DNA from: a bacterium
Lineage (GTDB): Bacteria; Patescibacteriota; Minisyncoccia; Phycocordibacterales; VMGT01
DNA length: 64,000 nt
Direction of reading: 5' to 3'
Assembly (NCBI GenBank): GCA_030697645.1
Contig: JAUYPI010000004.1
Coordinates: 1,141-65,140, forward strand
Part shown: positions 48,401-58,100 of the stretch, piece after piece
How the letters are laid out: the number at the start of each line of letters is the position of its first letter
How positions within the stretch are numbered: the first letter of the stretch is position 1
Notes under the pieces: generated by a model
Database searches by the model: none
Told to the model about the DNA's origin: nothing
Seen by the model: the letters and a program-made list of their open reading frames with translations, nothing else
Translations under genes and position numbers: made by a program

Positions 48401-49146
48401 TGAATACCGCTCCCGGAACCTACACGAACAGCGCCTACGTGAAGGCCTACGACGGCCATCCCTCGCTTGATCCATTTTACGGTTCTGCCGCGGATTCTCC
48501 GACGGTGACAAGCACGGTTGAGATCAGCAGCGCTTCGGTTTCGTCTGGCTCCTCTGGTACGGGAGGTGGAGGCGCGAACACGACGACGACAAATACAACA
48601 AACACGAATTCGACGGGCACAACACCGCCACCCGCGGCACCCGTGCCGCTATCCCAGAACGAGACCGCGAGCTCGACTAGCGCGACCACAAGCAGCACGC
48701 CCACCACCACTCCGCGAGCGACCTCCTTCAGAGCGACGGCTATCGCAGCAGCGCCAGCGCCGACGAATCCCATTGCCGCGGCGCTCTCGCCTTTCTCGCC
48801 CGCCTTGCTCGGGGCCACCCTCCCTGCGCCAAGTGGCACTCCGGCGTTTGAAGATTTTGAAGATTCAGGTGCCGCCCGCGCGGCGGTGCGAGAGAGCGGT
48901 ATCGCCCGGGAGCGGATTCTTCCTACACTGTCCTCTACGGGCGCGGAACCAGCAAGCGAGACATCGGGAGCACTCACCTCGCGAGACGAGGGGTCGCTTA
49001 CACCCCTCTCTGGCCTCGCGCACGCGGCAGCGGCATTTCTCGCGAGTCTCCCCATTCCGGCATCCATATTTTTGCCGATATTTCTCTTGGTCCTTGTGCT
49101 TGTTGGCATGCTGCTCTTCACTCGTCCTTCTGGCGCCCGGGCATAG
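45400..49146 (+). CDS. Large cell-surface protein (I.TG.A/N..N.N beta repeats, two DUF11-like Ig domains, C-terminal TM)
   Basis: ITTGAATA, ITSGNALAAANILNIANTN, LTYHFTVANRG, VDYTVVIQNDG, TYTNSA. Confidence 0.85.
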   Translation: MSFLSSGFFNTAFVRRVLAGVMVVALLMVSAVPLSVIAEDGGGDVVATEATLGERGTDGTDGTDGADGRDRGERGTRDGSDGEDGGTGEGGEDGSGDESGTEGTSPGDGTSGEDGTGTEETPDGADGTSSSDTGNQSTSGEGDTSITTGAATAVTDVTTKGNVNSTDTEALSEDGSGNIDGSGSANGGGGGTTDSGSETPPAADDAADDADAHTRDDRRDSKVLDKRPRDSATTTSLETIIESENDITVANENETLASSGLNSAGGSGSVSVTTGTSTAFANILNAVNVNLVNSSGLMLFFNSLFGSLGTLDLRTALGGDDALIGGGIFGEREPSIGTCTFSGCAGDVSTRIYASSTARILNDIIVRSIAGQNVATTSGELARIDSGDALAGANVVNVANTNIVNSNYLLLALNAFGDWAGDLVFPNGDFFKQIFGGGARGSGDIEEDEEGSEAHSLVASTTIASTNTAGVENELDVDARSGGNAATSTLGSAEIETGSSAALSQVVNRLNQNIIGGNSMLVLLQIHGDWAGNLFNVPEGILWERTPGGVAIWNDPNYAGGAVGAGTSGSSEGEEGSLGVIEDALVPLSELTVSRGDREARRAARDASDEERRGTTTTEILHQNVAEIANNVKVLALTGENRAQSVGDSLITSGNALAAANILNIANTNVIGANWMLALVNIFGDWSGNLSFGEPDLWIGTTVDAPRSPLEAGDELTYHFTVANRGDARASNVWLNARATGDLIAFDRSFTDSLGDAHFYLGTLAPGDVRELSLTGHLDTPLPFGRHTIDHTFAIASYEPETNRADNTETLSLFAFGGEAPATGSSTGSGESGSGAGSGSGESGSGAGSGGSDVSAGGGSSDESAGGGSGSGGSDGGIGTGDTNSGGNTGSTGGSSGGSQSGSGGASSGGSGGGGGGIYYTPPADLEIEKRNGATSPVPAGSSVDYTVVIQNDGLGEAYHAVLVDVLKDKDGTVIHEESWSLETIYPSEEVTVKYTIEFSLNTAPGTYTNSAYVKAYDGHPSLDPFYGSAADSPTVTSTVEISSASVSSGSSGTGGGGANTTTTNTTNTNSTGTTPPPAAPVPLSQNETASSTSATTSSTPTTTPRATSFRATAIAAAPAPTNPIAAALSPFSPALLGATLPAPSGTPAFEDFEDSGAARAAVRESGIARERILPTLSSTGAEPASETSGALTSRDEGSLTPLSGLAHAAAAFLASLPIPASIFLPIFLLVLVLVGMLLFTRPSGARA

Positions 49147-49177
49147 GCCCATGGCTCGTCATGGCGCACGGCGTATT

Positions 49178-49354
49178 AGACCTCTTGCATAACCCGCTCC
49201 TGCTGCGATTTTTGATTTTTGGCTGCGACTTCGTCGGACTTCGCAAAATGGTTCTCGCCGTACAACAAGTACGCCGTCGAACCATTTTGCTTGTCTTCCT
49301 CGTCTCGCTCAAAAATCAAAAATCTCGCCACGAAACGGGTTATGTAAGAGGTCT
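49178..49354 (+). mobile_element. 177-bp fold-back MITE, copy 6
   Basis: Near-identical to copy 2; ATT/ATT flanks. Confidence 0.85.
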
Positions 49355-49392
49355 ATTGACAGCGCGTTTTGTATTGCTACACTATGGTTATT

Positions 49393-50082
49393 ATGGCAGA
49401 CGAAAGGGACAAGCGGAATTTTGAAAGACGAGAGGGCGCAGTGCGGCCGCCGTTTGAGAGTGGGCCGCGAAACATCTCCTACCAACCATCATCGAATCAG
49501 TCTATGCCCATGGAACCAAAAAATAATCCGACGACAAAAGTAATCGTTATTTTCGTGCTAGGATTTGTGGCAGGTTTTGCCGTCTCGCAAACTTTCCTTA
49601 CCGAGCCACCGGGCGGCAGCGCGACGAACGATCGTACCCGCGAGCTAACTTCAGGAGTTGACAAGAGTCCGCTCGAGAGCGACACGCGTGGCTTGCCGGC
49701 GCCGGACGGCGTCGCCACAGAAGAGAATGATACAGTAGAGCCGAGCGGCGAGATCGTCTCTGGTCCGAGCGCGATCACGATTGAGAGTCAGCCAGCAGGT
49801 GAAACGGTCGCAATCAAGCGATTGGTGCTCGGCGAGCGGGGTTGGGTCGTGATCCACGAAGACGAGCGGGGGAGACCGGGACGGATTCTCGGTGCGGGCC
49901 GCTTTCTGGCTGGCGTACACGCAGATGTACCCGTCGAGCTCTTGCGGAGCACGGAATCCGGCGGCGTTTACTATGGCATGATTCACACTGACGATGGTGA
50001 TGATTTGTTCGACGCAAAGCTGGACGCGCATCTCCCCGACGAGACCGGCAGTCCGATCATGGTGCGGTTCAGCGCGTTGTAA
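49393..50082 (+). CDS. Membrane-anchored protein with C-terminal beta-sandwich domain
   Basis: TM helix; QPAG...GWVVIH...ILGA...MIHTDDGD; promoter TTGACA-16-TACACT; start uncertain. Confidence 0.7.
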   Translation: MADERDKRNFERREGAVRPPFESGPRNISYQPSSNQSMPMEPKNNPTTKVIVIFVLGFVAGFAVSQTFLTEPPGGSATNDRTRELTSGVDKSPLESDTRGLPAPDGVATEENDTVEPSGEIVSGPSAITIESQPAGETVAIKRLVLGERGWVVIHEDERGRPGRILGAGRFLAGVHADVPVELLRSTESGGVYYGMIHTDDGDDLFDAKLDAHLPDETGSPIMVRFSAL

Positions 50083-50181
50083 GGAGCGTGTATTTTGTAG
50101 CGTGTATTTTGTATTGCGAAAATGCGAGATACAACATACACCATACAGATGTAAACCCCCGAGATGACTCGGGATTTTTTT

Positions 50182-51453
50182 ATGAAAAATCACCGGAATA
50201 AAAACTCACGCCGCGCATCGTTCGTATACCTTGACTACGCGGCCACGACGCCAGTTGACACAGAGGTCTTAAAAAAGATGGCACCCTATTTTGCGGCACG
50301 GTTCGCAAACCCCGCGTCACTCCACGCGCCCGGACGCGAGGCGAAAGTTGCGCTCGAGCAGGCGCGCAGCTCGCTTGCGCTGATCCTCGGCGCCGAACCG
50401 CACGAGATTGTGTTTACGAGCTCTGCCACCGAGAGCAACAATCTTGCGCTGAAGGGGGTCGCCCGTGCGTACCGCGAGCACGGCAAGCACATCGTCGTCT
50501 CGGCGATTGAGCATGCATGCGTGCTCGAAGCTGCCCGCGCGCTTGAGCGTGAAGGGTTTGCGCTCACCGTTGTACCTGTGGACCGGAGCGGGCGCGTGAG
50601 CGCGGAAGCAGTTGCTGCTGTGGTTCGCTCCGATACTATTCTCGTCTCAGTGATGCACGCGAACAACGAAATCGGCACCATGCAGCCGATTAAAGAGATA
50701 GCGAGACTGGTGCAAAAGGAGAGAGCGAGGCGAGAGCCAGCTGCACTGGATAGACAGTCACGAACGACGAGGGATCGGTCACTCGTAACTCGTAACTGGC
50801 TTACGCCGCCGTTTTTTCATTCTGACGCGGTGCAGACTTTCGGACGGTTACCGGTTCGCGTGCGCGAGCTCGGTGTTGATCTTCTCACCTGCTCCTCGCA
50901 CAAAATTTACGGGCCAAAAGGCGCGGCACTCCTCTATGTGCGGGGTGGTATTAAGATCGAGCCGCTCCTCCACGGAGGGGGACACGAAGACGGTAGGCGC
51001 TCGTCAACAGTAAATGTTCCCGCTATCGTTGGCTTTGCCGAGGCGGCCGCTATCGCCGAGCGCGCACGGGAGCGGGAGAGTCGTCGAGTTCTCGAGCTCT
51101 CGAACCGGCTCATCCAGCTGATGCGGCAGGTAGTTCCCGATGTGGTGTTCAACGGCGAGATGGAGATGCGCGTGCCGCATATCCTCAACGCGCGGATCCC
51201 TGGAGTCTCTGGCGAAGCGCTCCTCTTTGCGCTCGAGGAACGCGGGTTTGCAGTCTCCGTCGCTTCAGGATGCAGTGCACTGAAGCTCACGCCCTCGCAC
51301 GTGCTCCTCGCGTGCGGCCTTTCAAAGGAGCAGACATTTGAGTCCATCCGCATCTCGCTCGGTCGGGGAACGCGCGCGAGTGACATTCAAAAGTTTGTAA
51401 AAGCGTTTGCGGCGTCGGTGGAGAAGGCGCGAGCACTGAGCAGTAGGCAGTAG
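50182..51453 (+). CDS. iscS: Cysteine desulfurase (IscS/NifS type)
   Basis: YLDYAATTP, NNEIGT, HSDAVQ, SSHKIYGPKG, SVASGCS. Confidence 0.93.
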   Translation: MKNHRNKNSRRASFVYLDYAATTPVDTEVLKKMAPYFAARFANPASLHAPGREAKVALEQARSSLALILGAEPHEIVFTSSATESNNLALKGVARAYREHGKHIVVSAIEHACVLEAARALEREGFALTVVPVDRSGRVSAEAVAAVVRSDTILVSVMHANNEIGTMQPIKEIARLVQKERARREPAALDRQSRTTRDRSLVTRNWLTPPFFHSDAVQTFGRLPVRVRELGVDLLTCSSHKIYGPKGAALLYVRGGIKIEPLLHGGGHEDGRRSSTVNVPAIVGFAEAAAIAERARERESRRVLELSNRLIQLMRQVVPDVVFNGEMEMRVPHILNARIPGVSGEALLFALEERGFAVSVASGCSALKLTPSHVLLACGLSKEQTFESIRISLGRGTRASDIQKFVKAFAASVEKARALSSRQ

Positions 51454-51496
51454 GCAGCAAGCGTACGACACGGTGCTTGTCGCTTGATGCGTGCTG

Positions 51497-53197
51497 CTAC
51501 AAAAACAGCCGTGCAACCCGTAACTCCTCGTACGAATACTTTTCCTCGAGCGCCTCGCGAGCAGGTGCGAGCCGCATACCATCTGATTGAGACAGCACTG
51601 CGGTCATCGCGGCAAGATCGAGGGCAGGCGGCGCGAGGTGCGTGATATCCGGCAGTACGTCTCCTGTCTTCATGCGCTCGAGATGGGCGAGAATGGTCGA
51701 GACGGCAAGGCCGCGCTCTGTGGCGATCCTTTTGATCGAAAATTTTTTCTCGAGCAGTCTGCGCGTTTCAACGAGTGTGGACCCCGGGCTCTGCGTTTTG
51801 CGTCCATGCCCGCCATGCGTGTGCCGCAGGTCTGCGCGGGCGCGGACATCTCCCGTGTCTCGCGCAGTGCGTTTCTTTCCGCCGAGCACGTCAACGAGAA
51901 TTCGCTCTTGCTCCGCGCGTTTACTTTCTTCGCTATATTCCGCAATCGCTCGACGAGCCTCATCGGAGAGTGAGCGAAGCGTCGTGTCGTAGGTGAGCAC
52001 GTCGGGGGCGATCATGAGCGCGACTTCGTTGAGACCCATGAGCTTCAGACCGGAGAGCGAACGCACGCGCGAGAGCGCAACATAGCCCATGCCCGGCGTG
52101 AACGCCCGAGAGAGGTCAATCTCGGCGCTGTCCAGCGTCATGCCTTGGCTCTTGTGTACCGTGATCGCCCACGCAAGTCGCAGGGGAATTTGCTCGAGCT
52201 TTGCCAAGACGCGGCCGTCTTCCTCGAGTCGCCATTCTTCTTCGAGGACGAGTATGCTCCGTCCATCGCTTGTGCGCACGAGCGGCAGCGCTGTTTTTTG
52301 CTCAAAGCTCTCGACGCGGCCGAGCGTGCCGTTCACATAGCCCGCCTCGGGATTATTTTTTACAAACATCACCGCGGCGCCGCGCTTGAGCTCAAGCTCC
52401 TCCGGAGCAAGGCAGCCTGCCTTGAGGCTTTCGACGAGCCGCTTGCGGCCCGCTGTGCTCATGGTGTAGCGCTCGCTTTTTCCCTCGATTTTCGCGAGCT
52501 CGTGGGCATTCAGAGCGTCAACGTCTACATTATGCGTGTAGAGTTTCGTCGGTACCGCGCCAGTGTGCGGCTCTCGCCTGTAGCGTGTGCGGAGCGGTAC
52601 TTTGGTGTGCTCGCCTGCTGTGCCGCTCCGAATATCGTTCAAGACAGAAAGGAGCGGGTCATTGCCCTGGCGATGCTGCTCGGTCAAATAGCAAACGAGG
52701 AAGTTGCCCCTCTGCCACGCTTCTCCCGAAAAGACATAGCGCGCCGGTGCAGAGTCACGCGTCACCGGCGGCAGTTGGAAGAAGTCGCCACAGAGCACGG
52801 TCTGGAGGCCCCCGAATGGAAGTGCTGTCCGGCGCACATGACGAGAGAGGCGGTCAACGAGATCGAGCTGGTGCGCATGGAGCATCGAGATCTCATCTAT
52901 GATCAAGACGCGCGCATCGCGGATTCGTGGCCCCGCCCTGCTGCGCTCAGCGATGCGCTCGAGCTCGTCTTCGGCGAGCACATCGCTGACGCCGATGCCG
53001 GACCAACTATGAATAGTCATCCCGCCGAGATGCGTTGCGGCGATGCCGGTCGAGGCGCTGACGCCAAGTGCGACGTCGTGCTCCTTGAGATAGGAGATGT
53101 AGGCATTGAGCACATACGTCTTGCCGCTCCCGGCCGCGCCGGTGAGGAAGACATTGTGTCCCAACTTCAGAATGTCGAGTGCCTCGCTCTGTCGCAT
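51497..53197 (-). CDS. PIF1-like SF1B helicase with C-terminal HTH
   Basis: TGAAGSGKT, IIDEISM, GDFFQLPPV, AWAITVHKSQGMT, YVALSR. Confidence 0.92.
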   Translation of the reverse strand: MRQSEALDILKLGHNVFLTGAAGSGKTYVLNAYISYLKEHDVALGVSASTGIAATHLGGMTIHSWSGIGVSDVLAEDELERIAERSRAGPRIRDARVLIIDEISMLHAHQLDLVDRLSRHVRRTALPFGGLQTVLCGDFFQLPPVTRDSAPARYVFSGEAWQRGNFLVCYLTEQHRQGNDPLLSVLNDIRSGTAGEHTKVPLRTRYRREPHTGAVPTKLYTHNVDVDALNAHELAKIEGKSERYTMSTAGRKRLVESLKAGCLAPEELELKRGAAVMFVKNNPEAGYVNGTLGRVESFEQKTALPLVRTSDGRSILVLEEEWRLEEDGRVLAKLEQIPLRLAWAITVHKSQGMTLDSAEIDLSRAFTPGMGYVALSRVRSLSGLKLMGLNEVALMIAPDVLTYDTTLRSLSDEARRAIAEYSEESKRAEQERILVDVLGGKKRTARDTGDVRARADLRHTHGGHGRKTQSPGSTLVETRRLLEKKFSIKRIATERGLAVSTILAHLERMKTGDVLPDITHLAPPALDLAAMTAVLSQSDGMRLAPAREALEEKYSYEELRVARLFL

Positions 53198-53340
53198 AAC
53201 GCCCATCCTATCGCGCTGCTTACGGAGCGGCAAATGCCCGTCATTCTATTGAAGTCCATTGAAGCCTCCTAATTTTTCGTCATTATGTAACTACTCAGGT
53301 ACAGTCGTCGTTGTGTGCAACACCGAGTGTTCAATAGTGT

Positions 53341-53832
53341 TCAGCATTTTTGTTTACGCGGGGACTGTGATACGACTGCCATCCACCGCAGCGAGATGTC
53401 TGAGAGCGTGCGGGGGTAGTAGATGTTGTCGTAGTCGAACCAGAGACGCATGAACGTGTGCTTCGGCAGACGGCGCACGCTGCTCACTTCAGGGTCTGCG
53501 ATGTAGATGTGCTCGGCGGTGGCGCGGTCGAGCACACTGAAGTGCCCGCGATGCCCTTCGAGCATCCATGCAAGGATGATGAGCCGCCGCTCGGTGTTCA
53601 GCCGTCGGAGGTCTTGCCAGGAGGCGCGTTTTCGCGTCTTCACCGAGAGCCCGAGGCGGCGGAGCGTGCGGAGGAGCTCATCGTTCGTGAGCCCGCCGCG
53701 CTCCCGTGCGCGCGTGAGGCGGTCAATATATGAGAGTGAATAAGGCAGGCCGAAGTAATCGGCCGCCATTTTGATGCAGATGGGGCCGCAGCTCCTGGCG
53801 TGGGGCGGGTTGAGGGGGAGGACCTTGGGCAT
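53341..53832 (-). CDS. Peptidase C39-like protein
   Basis: SCGPICIKM, GHFSV, IADP catalytic triad pattern. Confidence 0.8.
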   Translation of the reverse strand: MPKVLPLNPPHARSCGPICIKMAADYFGLPYSLSYIDRLTRARERGGLTNDELLRTLRRLGLSVKTRKRASWQDLRRLNTERRLIILAWMLEGHRGHFSVLDRATAEHIYIADPEVSSVRRLPKHTFMRLWFDYDNIYYPRTLSDISLRWMAVVSQSPRKQKC

Positions 53833-54154
53833 CGCAGCACCATTGTGCTCGAGAGTGCCGAGAGCGGCAAGACTTGACAGGAGGCAGGCCACTTGGGGAA
53901 CAGGTCTGTCAAACGCCGGAGGGTTCGGTTTGGGCGTGCCCCAAAATCCCAAACACGCACGTCGTGTTTGGAGATTGAATTTTGAGTATTGTGATTTGTT
54001 TGGAGACGGGTTTTTTGGAGCTTGGGGTTTTCTCACGGCGGGGGACATCCGATGTCCCGCAGTTGATGTTCCGCATTCGATTCCTGACAGTTTTTTGCCC
54101 CGGAAGCGGTAAACTTCCGGGGCGTTAGGGGCATGTGCAAGTGGTGGAGAAACG

Positions 54155-54730
54155 CTATGCGCCCGATCTGTAGATTTCGTGGAATCGCTCCGCGGTGAGG
54201 CGCATTTCGAACTCGTCAACGTAGTTCGTGCCGTCCCATGACCACTCGGGGCGACGGCCGTACTCTTCAAATCCGAACTTAGAAAAAAGCTTCCGGCCAT
54301 GTACGTTCGTCTCGAAGACGTAGCAGTAGAGAAAACGCAGACGGAGATGCCTAAAGGCAAAGCGCGAGAGCGACCGGAGCGCCTCCTGCGCGATGCCCTT
54401 ACCTCGCTCGCTGGGTGCGATGATTAAGCGGCTTACCTTTGCGCGGTGGTGGTAGCCGGCATCAATGCTGGTGAGCATGACCGAGCCGACATGGGTGTGG
54501 TCACTTTCCCGCACGATGGTATAGATCATCGTGTGTAGATCGTCTGCCGAGCGGTGGAGGAATTGGAGTTCCTCGACCACACTATTGTGACTGTGCACCG
54601 GATCAAGAAAACGCCGCGTCTCGGGCGGCTTGGTCAGTGCGAGATAGTGGTCAAAGTCTGTTTTTTCGCTATAGCGGTAGAGCGCTATCGTTCCTTCGCC
54701 TGGGAGGCGATCTTGCATATTGTAGTGCAT
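54155..54730 (-). CDS. GNAT N-acetyltransferase (RimJ/L-like)
   Basis: RGKGIA, N...LFSKFGFEEYG. Confidence 0.85.
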   Translation of the reverse strand: MHYNMQDRLPGEGTIALYRYSEKTDFDHYLALTKPPETRRFLDPVHSHNSVVEELQFLHRSADDLHTMIYTIVRESDHTHVGSVMLTSIDAGYHHRAKVSRLIIAPSERGKGIAQEALRSLSRFAFRHLRLRFLYCYVFETNVHGRKLFSKFGFEEYGRRPEWSWDGTNYVDEFEMRLTAERFHEIYRSGA

Positions 54731-54835
54731 CGCGAAACTCCTTGTGTGTGAGAGTGAGACATTGGTCCTCTGTCGGGGATCTTCAGTCCGTCGAAAGTAA
54801 AGCACGCAATATTCTCGAGCGCAAGGGTTCGTTGA

Positions 54836-55006
54836 GTAAGTGCTCACACCCCCTCACAAGGCATCGTAACAGAGCCGTCTTTGCGAGGAGCGGAGCGATC
54901 CCACGCTATGCTCTGGACAGGCTCCGCAATCCAGAGCGAGTAACGTAAAACCCCTGGATTGCTTCGCTCCTTTCAGTCGCTCGCAAAGACGAGTGTGAGC
55001 ACTTAC
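54836..55006 (+). mobile_element. IS66-like MITE with CGTC REP
   Basis: TIR GTAAGTGCTCAC/GTGAGCACTTAC; flanks ttcgttga/ttcgtttg. Confidence 0.75.
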
Positions 55007-55172
55007 TTCGTTTGCAGGAAATTTATGCCATTTCGTCACCAATTTAGAGCGATCGCATAAAATTGGTGACGATGAGAAACGGAAAGCGTGCAAAGCGTGC
55101 AGTGGCCCTCGGCGCCGTACCTGTCTCTGATTTGCAAATGCAAATTTTATTCGTGCCTGCTACTATCGGTCT

Positions 55173-58100
55173 ATGGGAGAGCCACGCACATCGGCAGTGT
55201 TTGAAAAGTTCTACCGTGCCCTCAATCCGGAGCAGCGTAGGGCGGTGGAAGCGATTGAGGGCCCGGTGATGGTGGTCGCCGGTCCGGGGACAGGGAAGAC
55301 CCATCTGCTCACGATGCGCATCGCGAACATCCTCCGCCTCACAGACACGCCGCCCGAGAGCATCCTTGCGCTCACCTTTACCGACTCCGCCGCGCACGCA
55401 ATGCGCGAGCGGCTCCTTGAGATCATCGGCACGGCCGCGTACCGTGTCCACATCTCGACTTTCCACGGCTTTTGCAACGATGTTATCCGCCGCTTCCCAG
55501 GCGAGTTCGCGCGCATCGTCGGCAGCACGCCCGCGAGCGAGGCGGACCAGCTGCGGATCATGGAGAATGTTATCGCGGATGAGACCCTCACTCTCGAGCA
55601 TCTTCGGCCCTACGGCAACCCTTTTTACTACGTCCGCGCGGCTCTCAGCGCCATCCACGAGCTGAAGCGTGACAGCGTGAGGCCTGAGGAGGCGCGCGCA
55701 GCGCTCGAACGCGAGGAGCGCACCCTTGCCGAGTCGCCCGATCGTCTCTACGAGAGCGGCCGGTACCAAGGGCTTGTACGTGCGTCTTTCCGCGCTCGGG
55801 AGAAACAGCTTGCGCGGCACCGTGAGCTGCTCTTGCTCTATGAGGGATACGAGCGTTCGCTTCGCGCCGAAGCGCGCTTCGATTACGAAGATATGGTGAT
55901 GGAGGCCGCTCGCGCACTCGAGCGAAGCGAGGACCTCCTGCTTGAGCTTGAGGAGCGCTACCTCTACATCCTCGCCGACGAGCATCAAGACGCGAACCTC
56001 GCCCAGGAGAAGCTCCTCACCTTGCTCTCAAGCTTCCATGAGCGGCCGAACCTCTTTGTCGTCGGTGATGATAAGCAGGCGATCTTCCGCTTCCAGGGGG
56101 CTTCAGCGGCAAACTTCGCCTCCTTTAGTGAGCGCTACCCCGACGCGCTTGTGATTGATCTTCGCGAGAATTACCGCTCACGGCAGCGCATTCTTGACGC
56201 GGCGGCGAGCGCAATCATGCACTCGCCGGAGAGCGTTTTGCGCCCTCGCGCGGCGCTTCGCGCCGCGCGAGGCGAGGGGGAGCCGGTCAAGGTTGCCGTA
56301 CTTGCAAGCCCCGCACATGAGGCGCTCTTTGTCGCGCAGGAGGTACGGAGGCTCCTTACTGCGCTCGTCGCTCCCGAGGAGATTGCCGTTATCTATCGCG
56401 ACAACCGTGACGCGGAGGCGTTTGTCTCGCTCTTTGAGAGGCTCGGCATACCCTACACGAGGTACTCGGATCAAAATGCGCTCACTGATCCGCTGCTGCG
56501 CCAGCTCGTGATGCTCCTCCGCGCCGTGAGTACGCCGCAGAGCGACGAGTATCTTTCGCGCTCACTCTTTCTCGAGTTTTTAGGGATTGATCATCTCGAG
56601 GTCTACGCGCTCTTTGAGCGCTACGAGGCGCTGCGCCGGACGCGGCGCGAGGCCTCTCTCAGACGCTCCGACGAGCGGCTGATCCACCTCCTGCGCCGGA
56701 CGCCGGGCGCAGCGCCGCTCGAGCCGATCTCGACCGACGGCGCACCGCGCAGTCTCACTTCCTTCGCCCAGCTCCTCAATTCTTGGGCATCATTTGCGAA
56801 GAGCCGCGGCCTGCTCGAGACGCTCGAGCTCATCGTGCGCGAGTCTGGCTTTCTTGTCTCACTCCTCGGCTCTCCTGAGGGCTATGAGCGCATCCGGAAG
56901 CTCGAGGGCCTTATAACCGAGCTTGCGCGCGCGGTGCCCGGGCACCGCGGTTACGGCCTCTCTGAGGCGCTCCGGCATCTCGACATACTCGAGCGCTACG
57001 GCGTTTCGCTCCGGAGCGGCGGCGAAGCGAAAGGCCCTCCGGGGGTCGTGCTCCTCACCGCACACAAGGCAAAGGGGCTTGAATTCTCGCACGTATTTAT
57101 CGTGCGCGCCGCAGAGGGACATTGGGGAGGGAGGCGGGTCGTCGAACATTTTCCGCCGATGAGAGCTGTGGCCGCGGAGCGCGGCGCGAGAGCGGCGAGC
57201 GAGAGTAGCGCGGAGAACGAGCTCTGCGATGAGCGGCGGCTCTTTTACGTCGCCCTCACGAGAGCGCGCGAGAGCGTTACCATTACGCACGCGAGAGCGG
57301 GTGATGATGGTCGAGCGCGCCTCCCGTCGCGTTTTCTCGAGGAGATTGACCCGGCACATCTCAGGCGCGTAGACACGGCGCTCCTTGAGGAGTCGCTTGA
57401 GCGGGAGCGGCGAGGGCTTTTTGGCGCGCGAGAGCTCTCGGGCCGTCTTCCGGCGCTCTCGGATAGGGCATTTCTCCGCGAGCGGTTTCGCACGCAGGGG
57501 CTCTCGGTGACGGCGATCAACAACTATCTCGCCTGCCCGTGGCGCTACTTTTTCGAGAATTTGATCCGTGTGCCGAGAGCGCCGAATCGTCATCAGCTCT
57601 ACGGCATCGCGGTTCACAGCGCGCTGCGGGAGATGTTTGACGCGCTCGGGCGGGAGACAAAAATGAGCGAGAAGGAATTCCTCGCGAGCTTCGAGCGCGC
57701 GCTGGCGCGGACTCCGCTCTCGGAGGGGGACTTTGCGGTCTCGAAAGAGAAGGGGAGACGCGCGCTCTCGGGGTACTACCGCGCGTACGAGGCTGTGATG
57801 ACAGCGCCGCTTCGCACCGAGATGCGCATCGGGGGCGTCGCTTTTGAGGGCGCCCAGTCTGATGAAAAAGATGACGCGCCGCCTCGGGTTATGCTCGTCG
57901 GCGTTCTCGACAAGGTAGAGCTTTTCGAGTCCGGATCAAACCGTCTCCTCGTCACGGACTACAAGACCGGAAGGCCCCGGAGCCGCAACGACATCGAAGG
58001 GAAGACGAAGACCTCGCAAGGCGAGTACAAACGCCAGCTTGTCTTCTATAAACTTCTGCTTGACCGCTTTGAGGAGGGGCGCTTTAAGATGCACGCCGGA

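Noticed and set aside
52145-53272. Long antisense ORFs (also 45369-46613, 55044-55988, 59737-60666, 3779-4690)
   Set aside because: Shadows of well-supported genes on the opposite strand in high-GC DNA.
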